Source: Balanoglossus misakiensis
Lineage: Eukaryota > Animalia > Hemichordata
Reading direction: 5' to 3'
Assembly: GCA_040954595.2 (NCBI GenBank)
Contig: CM082598.2
Span: 4,283,837 to 4,347,836 of the forward strand
Length of the DNA stretch: 64,000 nt
Part shown: positions 25,648-38,345 of the stretch, one piece after another
Layout of the letters: each line of letters starts with the position of its first letter
How positions within the stretch are numbered: position 1 is the first letter of the stretch
The notes under the pieces: generated by a model
The model's input: only the letters and a program-made list of their open reading frames with translations
Databases searched by the model: none
Told to the model about the DNA's origin: nothing
Program-made: the position numbers and the translations under genes

Positions 25648-28600
25648 ATGTATTACCAGGCAAGTCTTGTCTTTGTATTGCTATATCGTGTTTATATTGC
25701 TATGTCGGTACAAGGTAAGTATAAAAAAGAAGCATGGACTAAAATCTACCCTTAGACGGTGCTTTTGTCATTTTGTGATATTTCTGTGTCCTTTATCCTT
25801 TGCAATATATCGAGAGAGGCCACTGTTATGCGAGTATTAATTTTCGCGTTCTCGTACTGCATCGTTATCTCCAAAAAAATACTATTGTACGCTTATTTGT
25901 CGCATTTGTAGCAAGATTCTTGGCCACAAACCAATGATTTATAGATTATTTTTTTTTAAATATTTTTACTTCTAGGTTTACGAAGCTCTAAAAAGTTTAG
26001 GGTTGGTGGGTTAAAATTAGGGTAGGTTGGAAATTTGGAACAGCACCTATTTTTTTTATTTGGCCTTAGAAGTTACTTTCCATCCACAATGCAAACTCTC
26101 AATATTGCATTCCAACCTCATACTTCTGTTATATTCCATTTCTTTTTTTGTCAGAATGCGGTGAGCCACACTTCCTGAGAAATGGCGAGGCGGTTCGAAT
26201 TCGTTCTCCAAACTATCCACGTAATTACGGCCTAAATCTTAGGTGTACGTGGACTATGAACAATACCGACGGTGGAGTCATAAAGGTCTGCTTCAGGGAT
26301 TTCAAGATAGCCGCGGCAACTGACTTCCTAACATTCGGAGACGGAATTGAAATTAATGACGAACAAGCAAAACAATATAGGTACTATATGAAGATCCCCA
26401 GTATCTTTGTATCGTCAGGAAATTTCGCATGGATATATTTATCCACAAGTTCAAGGCATAGTAAACGAGGATTTCATGCGATTGCAACTGCATTGGAAAG
26501 TGAGTATTAAGTGTTTCATTTCAATTATCACCCAATCCCAAAGGGATCTTGATCTCCCAACCCAAATAACGACAGTGATGATGGCGATTAGATATTAAAT
26601 AAGAAATTTTACCACTCTCGATGTTTGCTGGGTGCAATGTTGGCGATTGACACAAACATTTGTTCATAAACTGCTTCACCCCTCCATAAAGTTTAACCTT
26701 ATTGAATCATTCTTCCTGAACCCTAACCTTAACCACGGTCGACTCTAGACCTTACCAAAACCCCAATCAGCAACAACATTGTCAACAACAACAACAACAA
26801 CAACAATAACAGTATTATTGTTCAGATATGCCCAGGGCACTATACACGCTGTTATAATTTCGCACCGTCGTTTCTATACATTTCTACACAATACACTTTT
26901 CTACTTTGTCACAAGGATACTAATCATTATATTTTAATATTTTATGTTAGTCCCCGTTTTTTAAGGGTTTTGTCTGTTTGTCTGTTTTTTATGGAATGCT
27001 ATTGGTATTGGTAAAATACTTGTATATACCTGAAATAAAGTTAATAATATAGAAATAATGGCCGACGCCCTGACCATTAACAAACGTTAATGGTCAGGGC
27101 GGAGTCGGTTATTTCCATAATATTACCAACGAACTCAAGAAAACCGTCAAAATTTACGAAAATGTCCCACGCGAAAGACTAAGGGCCCCGGAACTTGTGT
27201 TACGCAAAATGTTGTATTCACTGAACAGTTTGCTAGTATTACTATTCAGATTTACGGGCATGTAAACAAACCATTACTGAGTATTTGTGGTCAGTGACGT
27301 AGTGAGTTCATCTCGACCAATTAAAATGCGACTCACAGGCCATGGTAATATAATAATAATTTGCATCGTATTTATTATGTAGATTCTGCAAGCCCTGAGG
27401 TCCATTGTGGAACTACGTCAGGTGTAAGTATTAAAAGCAAACACGTGACAGCTGAAAGGAATCTATTTTAGAACTGAAATATTATTATAATTAGAACATT
27501 CGCGGAACACTGCGTCTCACGTGACTTGGCAAAAAGACACGTCACGAAGATAGACGCGGATAAAGGCCGACCGCCATTTTGTAATGTGTTAGTTTTTTGA
27601 CACTTTCCCGGAAGTGGGCTAATGCGCATACCAGCCAAATGCGCATGTCTGTTGTAAAACTTACGTACATTTGTGTCAGTAGTTGTATCGATTTTAGCTT
27701 CACTTCCATCATAAACTGTTGGTTTTTTAAAAATATGTATATTCGGGAAGAGTAAAAATGAATGTCAAGAAACGCGACAGATTGAATGTAGCCCGGAAGT
27801 TATAGAACGTTCATTTATTCTAAATATGGCGGTTTGTGTTTACCTGCCTCTTTGGTGTTTGTCACCGAGGCAGGGTACCAGCCAAAATTAGAACACAGCT
27901 ATGACTGGACACAATGACCCCGTAATACCTACAAATCAAACTGAATTTTTTACAGAAAATGTGAAAAGAAAATGGAAACGAACTAACTACATGTAATGTT
28001 TTTGTTTGTGTCATTTCTGAACTCTGATAGGTGCTTCAAAACTTTTCTCAACCATCTGTCATGATCAAGGGACTAAATGAGGAAACCCCGCCTTTAAGTG
28101 TAACTCTAGAAATAACCAAAGGTTAGCGATTATACATTTCTGAGAAAAATAGACATTCTGGTTTGCGATGTCCAGATGCTAGAAACTTTGCAATTAAAAT
28201 ATATATGAACATAATGTCCAGACGCTGGACACTTTGCAATTAACATATATATGAACATAATGTCCAGACGCTAGAAACTTTGCAATTAACATATATATGA
28301 ACATAATGTCCAGATGCTGGACACTTTGCAATTAACATATATATGAACATAATGTCCAGACGCTAGAAACTTTGCAATTAACATATATATGAACATAATG
28401 TCCAGACGCTGGACACTTTGCAATTAACATATATATGAACATAATGTCCAGACGCTAGAAACTTTGCAATTAACATATAAATGAACATAATGTCCAGATG
28501 CTGGACACTTTGCAATTAACATATATATGAACATAATGTCCAGACGCTAGAAACTTTGCAATTAACATATATATGAACATAATGTCCAGATGCTGGACAC

Positions 28601-30578
28601 TTTGCAATTAACATATATATGAACATAATGTCCAGAAGCTGGACACTTTGCAATTAACATATATATGAACATCATGTGTTAGACTAATGTTGAAGTGATG
28701 ACCGAATATAATCTATACATGTAAGGAATAAAGGACAATAGGGAAATGCATATTACCCATGCTGCCTTTCAGTTTCAATTCCAAATCTTACAGAGATCTT
28801 AAGGCTTCTAGATGAAGGCATTTTGTCTCTTCCGTCGCCGGCCGATAATGAAACAACTGACGTGGTGATCAAGTTCCTTCTAAACGCAACCGATTCCCTG
28901 GCCAAGTCTGTTCTATGCAGGATGAAACCCGGCAGTGGCCCAGTTACCATGGATTCAGCATTCTTTCAATTGCATTTGGAAAGCCATTCTGTGGTGCATC
29001 TCACCGACACCTCAATAATACTCCGAGGCGGCAATGGTGTGAAATTTCCACCGGCAGAGAAGATGTTCTCCAATTTAACTTCTGGAGCAATTGTTAACAG
29101 AATTGTAAGAGTCTTACCCTTGTTGTTGAACATAAGATGTTATTTCTTTCTTCTCCGTTTATTTTCTTAACCACAATCTGTAAACACATGCCAATGAAGT
29201 TTATAATACATTATCACCCATAGGTTAGTGTTTTGAACAGAAGTTTGCTTCTTCAAGATGACAATGGAAGGAACACATTTTCAAGAAAATTTGTGTTGAG
29301 TTTGTCGTTCACTGACAGAGACGGCAGAGAGTTAGAAGGTATTTACATCACAACATTACATACAACAGGATAAAATCTAACATGCAAAGATTTGTATGAA
29401 CTGTACATAACTTGGTTTGTCTGTAAATATGGCTATGCAATATATATTTTCTGTTCAGCATCAACGTATGCATAAAAGTTATTTTCTATTCACTCTTCCA
29501 GTGAAAGATACAAAAGAAGACATTGAGATTACATTTGCTAGAGAAGCACCTGAGCCAGAAACTGCCTCATTAATGGAAGCTGTGTACATTGAAGCCCATG
29601 ACGTCACATATTTTGGATTTAATGTCGAGGTAGGCAAACGGAAATAAGCCAGTTAAATAAAGTTGGATGAACAAATCACTTCTTTGTGCTATCGGCGAGC
29701 CAATACTAACAAGTGATAGCAAACAGGGAAGGAAACACTTGGTCATAACATTTATTTTTCTGTTCATCTCACAAAATTAATATTCATTCTACTATGTATA
29801 TTCTATGCTGCAGATCACATGGTTGTTTCAGGCAGTTATTGTTAAGTTTGAACATTGCAAACCTCTGTACGGAAATACAACAGTGTACGTCTTCAATGAA
29901 CTTACGGCTTACTCTGACAAATATGTTGGATACCAGTTCGCTGTTGATATGGAATTTGCTGGAGATTATTCCACGGTGTTCATCCCAGAACACTATTTCT
30001 TAAGAACTGGAGAGTATTATTTCACATTTACCATTCCCCACAGTAAGTGTCCATGTTTAACATTTACCTTATACTGCACTTTTAAGTGTTGTACACGTAT
30101 GTTGTTTAAAGCACATTTAATAGCTTGTGCGTAATTGTCATGCATCATTTAAATTTAAAAGTTCAAACCTATTTCTTGTATTTTTTCCATTTTGCAGAGC
30201 AAGATATCCAGTTTGCATTCACTGTCATACAATCGAGGTGTGATTATCTGAATATCCAGACTGATAGTTGGAAGAGTGACGGTTGCCAGGTATACACAAT
30301 GGTTCCTCAACAGATCATTTGGATTTTAGCAGAATCAATTTTGTTGAAACCTAATTCAAAACATCCTCTAGATATGAGACAACTCAAAGAGTAGGCAGGA
30401 GAAATTTGAGAACCTGTAATGCTTTGTCATATATTACTCACAGAAATGTTCCAACTTTTCAGCATTTATTTTCAATCCATAGGTTTCTCCATTATCGAAC
30501 GCCACCTGCACTGTGTGTGTGTGTAACCACCTGACGACATTTACATCCGGACTGGCAACAACAATGATATTACCCTAG
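25648..30578 (+). CDS. Secreted CUB + GAIN/GPS protein, polycystin-1/REJ-like ectodomain with no transmembrane part (copy A, 511 aa, 10 exons)
   Basis: Exons 25648-25714 (signal-like MYYQASLVFVLLYRVYIAMSVQ), 26155-26499 (CUB: SPNYPRNYGLNLRCTW...DFLTFGDG...SKRGFHA), 27383-27423, 28031-28121, 28773-29104, 29224-29338, 29502-29629, 29814-30042, 30198-30289 (CDYLNIQTDSWKSDGCQ), 30483-30578 (VSPLSNATCTVCVCNHL/TTFTSGLATTMILP*). Total 1536 nt, in frame. Confidence 0.85.
27067..27100. repeat. Perfect 15-bp-stem hairpin, probably part of a transposon fragment in intron 2 of copy A
   Basis: gccctgaccattaac-aaac-gttaatggtcagggc. Confidence 0.7.
28168..28676. repeat. 46-bp minisatellite, 11 units, with alternating A/B (92-bp) higher-order structure
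   Basis: Unit tgtccagacgct(agaaac/ggacac)tttgcaattaacatatatatgaacataa starts at 28169, 28215, 28261 ... 28629. Confidence 0.95.
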
Positions 30579-32109
30579 AAAACGATTGGTTACATTCTAA
30601 CCCATGATGCATTGTGATTTCCAACATGGCGGCGAACCCGTTGGTCCCTCTACATAATGCAGACTGACCACATGAGGGCGATATGAACAGAATTTCATTT
30701 TTATCAGAGGAATCCGATGGATTTTTGGCCACTAAGGCCTCCAGAGTTATTAATCATGCTTCATTCATTGTATAATCTGTGCATTGTCTCTTTTGAAAGA
30801 AGAATTGCATGAGAATTGGAAACGCAATGAATAGAAGGAATTAATTATACATATATCTTAAATTATCAATTTTCGCACATTTATTAAATGCTTACTCAAA
30901 AGTCTGTTTTGTAATGCATAGATGTCCCTCCCCTATCTCCTCTCTCTCGGTCTGTCTGTCTCTCTCTCTCTCATTGACCAGTTATTCCTGCTGGATTCGT
31001 GTCGCGGGGAATCTAATAATGGCCCTCTTCAATTTTACAGCAGTGTTCTTTGGGCGTGTCTGCAGAAAACGCTTTTGAAGACATTGATAAATAATGATTT
31101 AAATTTCAACCCCATGATCTACATTGTTCGAAATACTGCAGTTTGACTTCTTAAGATTAATGGTCGCGAGTGATAAATGCCATCACAATGAAAACAATTT
31201 CTCTCATTCACATGAACATATTTTAAATGTTTAATCTGCTACAACAGTTTTCAAAAGAGACGTCATACAATATTCACATATCAAATATGCAGTATACCTG
31301 CACAACATGCTACAAACAACAGTACAAAACCTTCATATACGTGTTTACTTAAGCTACAATAGACATTTGCAACATCTGTCGCAGGTTTTCAAGACAATGA
31401 TTTATCGCCACCTTGGAGTCTTACAGGCAAATTGATTAAACTGCATACAAGCCAACAGCTAAAATGTTTCCAATTGTTTGATAGGAACTCTCCAACCTTT
31501 GGCGACGGTGGTTCTGGACCAAACCATTATATTTAGGTGTATTGATGCAAATGTTACATATATTGTAGGGCGTTAATACAATGTTTTTAGTTTAAAGATT
31601 GCACAGTGTTTATATTCATTACCATGATAGCGTTTACAGCATTAGTTGTTCTAACTTAGAAAATTCGCATCTAACAATTAGAATGTACCTAAATTATTTG
31701 AATATTTGAATTGTAAAATTGTATACATTCTCAAGCATTTGATCTACTCAACGTTCAATTTATTCTGGTTAAAAGACACTTTGTCTGCTGATCTCATATT
31801 CTAATAAAAATACATACATGAATTCTAATAAAAATACATATATTGACACATGTGCGATTCTGCTTGTATTAAGTTTTGTGTTGTGTATTATTTTCCGTGA
31901 TAAAATTCGCAAATAAACCTAACATGAAACTGTCAGCACTGATGTGAGCAGCTTTTTTTTTGTTCAATTCGAAATATTATCCTCGCGAGAAGATACTTTA
32001 TCATCATGAATGCACAGCATGACATTAAATGTCTGGATCTCACTGGCTCCACCAGGTGAATTTGCAATATATCTCAGAAGAGTTTGCTGGGGTAACCCCG
32101 TCGTTCGCT

Positions 32110-35100
32110 CTATGGCAGATGCACCCCTTGGAGCGCCGTCTCGGATGCGAATGTCGTCAGATGGTTACACAGACACACAGTGGAGGTGAAGTTTGATAAT
32201 GGCGAAACCTATGGATGAAAAAAAATCATTTTTGTGATTTTCATGTGTAGTATTTGTATTTGTTGTCAGGAGGGCATATAGGCACCCGAAGGTTTTCCTA
32301 TCACAATGTTAGTTTTTTTTATGGGGAGTTTAACAGGAACAGTGATACTACTAGTATAACGGAGTGAGAAAGATCTTTCAAGGAATCATGTTTATACCTG
32401 GCAACCGTCACTCTTCCAGCTATCAGTCTGGGTATTCAGATAATCACACCTAGCTTGTATGACAGTGTATGTAAACTGGATATCTTGCTCTATAGAAGGA
32501 AAGAAGTTGAAATAGGTAGAGTATAGAAACAGAATTTATGGTCTATTTAACATAGTGGTGACGTCAATAGAGGTAATATAGTAATTGCTTTGGACGAGTG
32601 GTTTTGACTTCCAATTGGTACGGTATGTTCCGTGCCTGATTGAAATGCATGACAAATGTCATTCGTGATCACGTGTACATGTGCATTGAATCATTTCAGT
32701 GTGAAAATAAATGTATGAAAACAATGCAGAAAGATGCAGCTAAGTGTGATTGAAATGAAATGCGAATAGAGACGTTTACAACACACAAGTGCAGTGTAAG
32801 GTAAATGTTAAACATGGACACTTACTGTGGGGAATGGTAAATGTGAAATAATACTCTCCAGTTCTGAAGAAATAGTGTTCTGGGATGAACACCGTGGAAT
32901 AATTTCCTGCAAATTCCATATCAACAGTGAACTGGTATCCAACGTATTTGTTAGTGTAAGCCTTATGTTCATCGAAGACGTACACTTTAGTGTCCCCGTA
33001 TAGAGGTTTGGAATTCTCAAACTTAATAATAACTGCATGGAACAACCATGTTATCTGCGGCATAGAATATAGAATGAATATTAATTTTGTGAGATGAACA
33101 GAAAAAATAAATGTTATGACCAAGTGTTTCCTTCCCTTTTTGCTATCACTTAATTGTTAGTATTGGCTCAAGAAGTGGTTTGTTCATCCAACTTCATTTA
33201 CTGGTTTTATTTCAGTTTGATTACCTCGACATTAAATCCAAAATATGTGACGTCATGGGCTTCAATGTACGCAGCTTCGATTAATGAGGCAGTTTCTGGC
33301 TCAGGTGCTTCACTAGCAAATGTAATCTCAATGTCTTCTTCTGTATCTTTCACTGGAAGAGTGAATAGAAAATAACTTTTATGCATACGTTGATGCTGAA
33401 CAGAAAATATATATTGCATAGCCATATTTACAGACAAACCAAGTTATGCAGTGTTCATACAAATCTTTGCATGTTAGATTTTATCCTGTTGTATGTAATA
33501 TTGTGATGATCTAAATACCTTCTATCTCTCTGCCTTCTCTGTCAGTGAACGACAAACTCAACACAAATTTTCTTGAAAATGTGTTCCTTCCATTGTCGTC
33601 TTGAAGAAGCAAACTTCTGTTCAAAACACTAACCTATGGGTGATAATGTATTATAAACTTCATTGGCATGTGTTTACAGAGTGTGGTTAAGAAAATATAC
33701 GGAGAAGAAAGAAATAACATCTTATGTTCAAAAACAAGGGTAAGACTCTTACAATTCTGTTAACAATTGCTCCAGAAGTTAAATTGGAGAACATCTTCTC
33801 TGCCGGTGGAAATTTCACACCATTGCCGCCTCGGAGTATTATTGAGGTGTTGGTGAGATGCACCACAGAATCGCTTTCCAAATGAAATTGAAAGAATTCT
33901 GAATCCATGGTAACTGGCCCACTGCCTGGTTCCATCCCACGTAGAACAGACTTGGCGAGGGAATCGGTTGCGTTTAGAAGGAACTTGGTCACCACGTCAG
34001 TTGTTTCATTATTGGCCGGCGACGGCAGAGACAAAATGCCTTGATCAAGAAGCGCCAGGATTTCTGTAAGATTTGGAATTGTAACTTTATCATGAAAAGC
34101 AGTATGATATAGGTCATTGGTTATTAGAGATGCGATTTTTTGAAAAAAAGGGCGCTTCCTCCTGTGGCTTGTAAGGAAAGACGTAGACAACCACAGAGAA
34201 CATTAACACTGTCCACAAATTAATTAATGATCGTGCATCACTTAAACCACAGACTAACACGTGGTGTTCAAATATTCGTTAATTGCAAAGTTTCCATGGT
34301 AGTCGCAAACTGGAACGTCTATTTTTTTCTCAGAAATATGTAAACGCTTGCCTTTAGCCAAGGCTTGACTTGCACGAAAAGACGGATTGACATCTGTTAT
34401 CCCCTTGATCATGGCAGATGCTTGAGTGAAGTTTCCAGGCACCTATCGGAGATCAAAAATGACACAGTGCAGCATTATAAGTTAGTTCATTTTGACTTTC
34501 TTTTCGCATTTTCCGTTGAATTTGACATAGAACATTTAAACCACACATGATATGCTGTCTTGTTATGTTATGCAATATTCTTATGTATAGGCTATATACA
34601 TAATAATAAGAAACAATTCCTTTTGGCTGTCATGTGTTTGGTTAAATACTTACACCTGATATGCTTTAATTTGACATGCGTCCACAGGGATTGCGGAATC
34701 TACGTGATAAATATGATGTAAATAAGATAAAATAATGTTAATACCGTCTTGATACCATCTTGAGTATCATCAATGTTATGGTCAAGAGCACCAGCCCTGG
34801 GTAGGCTAAAACTCATGATATTGCCCGAGCACCATGTGTTATCAATTTTATTACACCAAACATGTTATACATATACAGGATAGAACGTATTTATTCACCA
34901 CTGTAGACTTCAACGTAGGTGCAACCGTTATGATGTCGCCTAATATAATTGTTTCTGCACAAAGATATCATTCCATCCTCCATATGCTTAACAAATTAAC
35001 AGCTACTGGAAGTAGAGTAGTATAAATTATTAGATACTCACTTTCCAATGCAGTTGCAGTTGCAAGGAATCCTCGAGATTCCCTTCTTACATTGGAATAC

Positions 35101-35884
35101 ATTTGTATCCAAATGATATTTCCTGACGAAACAACGCTAACTGGAACACCGTTACCATAATATTTTATTGCTTTGCCAACAAGGTTTCTGATACTGACGA
35201 AGTCCTGTTTTTTCCGCATCTTCAAATCGCTGAAGCAAAGCGTTATAATGCCGCCATCGGTATTATTCATAGTCCACATACAGTTAAGATTTTCGCGGTA
35301 GTCATTTGGGTAGCCAGGAGAGGTGAATACAACTGACTCTCCATTTCTAAGGAAGTGTATATTACCACATGCTGCATGTGAAAAAAATAATTACAATTAT
35401 AACAATCTGAAACTGTGATTGATTTTCCGAATGCACTTTTATAAGTTGGTTTATAAAGTCCCACGAACTGCGACTCGATAAAAAAATCATGCTTTAAATA
35501 ATTCCGCGGATATGCTTTTAATTATGTCTATTAAATTGTACTGCATAGCTGTATATCAGGAAAACACTTATTTATGACAATATGGCAAAACAGTAAAGAA
35601 ATATCAGTACAATGTACATACATACATACATACATACATACATACATACATACATACATACATACATACATACATACATACATACATACATACATACATA
35701 CATACATACACACATACATACATACACACACACTGTATATTTACATAATTACGAATATGTGTACATTAAGAAAATGACACAGAAAACAAGACAGGATTTT
35801 AGCCATATCATTATTTCGCTTACCTTCTTGATAGCTGGATCTAGGAAATAGCAATAACAACACGACACCTGCTAGGTAATTCAT
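32110..35884 (-). CDS. Secreted CUB + GAIN/GPS protein, polycystin-1/REJ-like ectodomain with no transmembrane part (copy B, 506 aa, 10 exons)
   Basis: Exons 35884-35824 (MNYLAGVVLLLLFPRSSYQE), 35371-35042 (CUB), 34699-34656 (weak donor), 34442-34352 (GC donor), 34084-33753, 33633-33519, 33352-33225, 33054-32826, 32489-32398 (CDYLNTQTDSWKSDGCQ), 32208-32110 (VSPLSNFTSTVCLCNHL/TTFASETALQGVHLP*). Total 1521 nt, in frame. Confidence 0.8.
35615..35732. repeat. (TACA)n microsatellite
   Basis: Long perfect tacatacataca run. Confidence 0.95.
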
Positions 35885-36565
35885 CGTGTCCTATCTGAAT
35901 GTGACTGAGGATAACCCTGTAGTTCTGATCTACAGAGTTAGGAACACACACATTTAAATGATACCAGTGTTGCTCCAGAGACCCTTAATAATTCAAATGT
36001 GATCTGCATGGAATTTTTGATTCGTGAATTGCATAGAGATGGAAACAAAGGGATATGAATGGTTGCCAAGGAAGTGGAAGAACCCCCTCAGTGACGTTCC
36101 CAAAATATCAATCGTGGGGCAAACTTTGACAAATATCTTGCATTTTCTCAAACCCCTGGCAGAGACATAATTACATTAAATATTCAAATATCCCCTAAAC
36201 ACAACCCAGTAAAGTTTTCAAGCAAAACTTTAACAGTTAATATAGTTTCATGGTGTGGTGAATGTGCATTCGACCTTTGGCGATAGGTTTTAGATATTTC
36301 TTATAAAGAGCCGAAAAACCAATTTCCTATATGCTCGGATACACGCAAATGATGTGTCATGTTGATGTGAATAGAAGAGGGAATAATTGCCATACTATTT
36401 AAAGATGATCACGGTCGATTGACTCCATCTTTTATCAAAGGTTGAACATCAGTGTAATTATGGAAGGAAGATAAACATCGATATTGCTGACACAATGATG
36501 GATGATGCAAGTGTATCGTTCTTTATTCATTTCACCATGACTTCATTACACTAGATATGTCTAAC

Positions 36566-36751
36566 TACCGTTAAAGTCACTTTATAAGTCGCAGCGGTAT
36601 TATAAGTCGCACCCCTTCTTTGAAAGACTTGTTTGGGAGGAGATTTTAAGGAAATGAATACAACAGAACATTGGTATTATAAGTCGCACCCCCTTTTCGG
36701 CACACACTGTCACTCAAAAAAGGTGCGTCTTATAAAATGACTTTAACGGTA
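36566..36751. mobile_element. TA-flanked MITE (CCGTTAAAGTCA TIR)
   Basis: taccgttaaagtcactttataagtcgca ... tgcgtcttataaaatgactttaacggta; internal tattataagtcgcacccc repeats. Confidence 0.75.
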
Positions 36752-37006
36752 ACTTCTCCGGTCTCCATGGTGACCGACTTCTCATTATTGCTTATCCATA
36801 AATAGCAGCACACACATTTCTTATTGTAAGAGGAAATATCAAACTGGCTGTTTAAAATATCCTTCCAAGACTACCATGTATCTATGAATGCAACTGAAGA
36901 CGTTTGGATTTTTTTGGTAGTGATAGTTTATTTACCATATGAGTAAGACATGAACTTGAAACCAGTTCTCACTAAGAATCTACTAAACTTTGAAGGGATG
37001 GGATAC

Positions 37007-37202
37007 TTAAAGGCACACGGTCACCTATGGAAACCTAGCTAGTGCAGTTACCATGGTAAACTTGTGATCTAGCCAATCACAGATTTTTAGTGGGTGGCAC
37101 ACGCGACAAAAGAGCGCCGCCATACGTTCTTTAGAACCTTCAAATACGCCATTTCAGCCATACATGGGCGTATGTAAATTGGAGGTGATTGTATACCTTT
37201 AA
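37007..37202. mobile_element. Copy of the TTAA-flanked element at 1985-2177 (inverted)
   Basis: ttaaaggcacacggtcacctatggaa ... gtgattgtatacctttaa. Confidence 0.75.
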
Positions 37203-37428
37203 AGGCCCACTAACTGTAATCTTCCAGTATCCCATCCCATCAATTTGTGAAATAAACTTGTGAAATCAAAAAAGAACTGAGATAATATTTTTTGCAAATT
37301 CGGTGGCATAAATGTTTCAATCAGTTGTATGCTAAGAAATAAATACCGAACAAAGACCACTTTCAGGGTTACCTACAACTAGACAAACGAATGATGTGTT
37401 GCACTGGCCACCTTGACCGTGACGTCAG

Positions 37429-38200
37429 TTACCCAACCATCACTTCGACCTCGCATAAGTTGAGGGGCTTTGAGACGTCGGTGAGCTGAATACTGACATG
37501 GCGCCCCTGCATCGGAATAGGGCATCCACATCGCACTCTGATTGGGTTAATCCTCGCAAGGCGGCCCATAATCTGTCTCCCACACTGGGGGTTACTTTTG
37601 AAGTTAGTGTCGGCGCCGACGCGAACGATGGCAGACTTTATGCGACCCACTGAAATGATACAAGAAATACATATTTGTGGTGACTTTTTAGGAAAAATGC
37701 CGACATTATTTTTGTTATTTCCGTTTCTATTTACAACTTAATTGACGTTCCGGTCACTAAGACCTTGTATATGGATAAGGGCTAATAGCACTCGAAAAAT
37801 TAAATCATGTAATTTTGGACAATAACATAATTATTTTGTAGTACTATTAAAATTCCCATGTTATATATGCTTTGTCGTACTTACTGCAGCAATCGACTCG
37901 GTTGTATATAACCACTTCATAGATGTCGTAGGATTGTCCCAAGTCCAAGGTGAAGTAGGGCTCGTACTCGTTCATGGTCTGGGTGCACGACTTCCCCGCT
38001 CGCATGTCACTATTGTTGTTGCCGTCCACGGCTTTCTCCACAAATCCCTTCTGTCTGGTGTTGGTACTACTTTGCGTGACAGGTTTCCCCTGAGCAACGT
38101 TGCGTACGGGTACTGGAAACTCGCAAGCTGAAAACAATAGGAACACGCTGGAATGCCTCATAACTTCCTTTAACGAATCAAAGACATGTGATTGATCGCT

Positions 38201-38233
<33 letters not shown>

Positions 38234-38239
38234 GGTTGG

Positions 38240-38279
<40 letters not shown>

Positions 38280-38304
38280 GTGACTGACTGACTGACTGAC
38301 TGAC

Positions 38305-38345
<41 letters not shown>

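Noticed and set aside
28168-28676. 46-bp array as a CRISPR array
   Set aside because: Units are contiguous with no unique spacers, there are no cas genes, and it lies in a eukaryotic intron; it is a minisatellite.
35531-35851. ORFs with YIHT / MYVC repeats (also 62506-62911)
   Set aside because: Translations of (TACA)n/(TATG)n microsatellites.
25648-35884. CUB-GAIN copies as pseudogene fragments or a haplotype assembly artefact
   Set aside because: Both splice into uninterrupted frames with their own signal exons and equivalent stops, and their 5' halves are too diverged to be alleles. Not fully excluded for copy B, which has weak splice sites.
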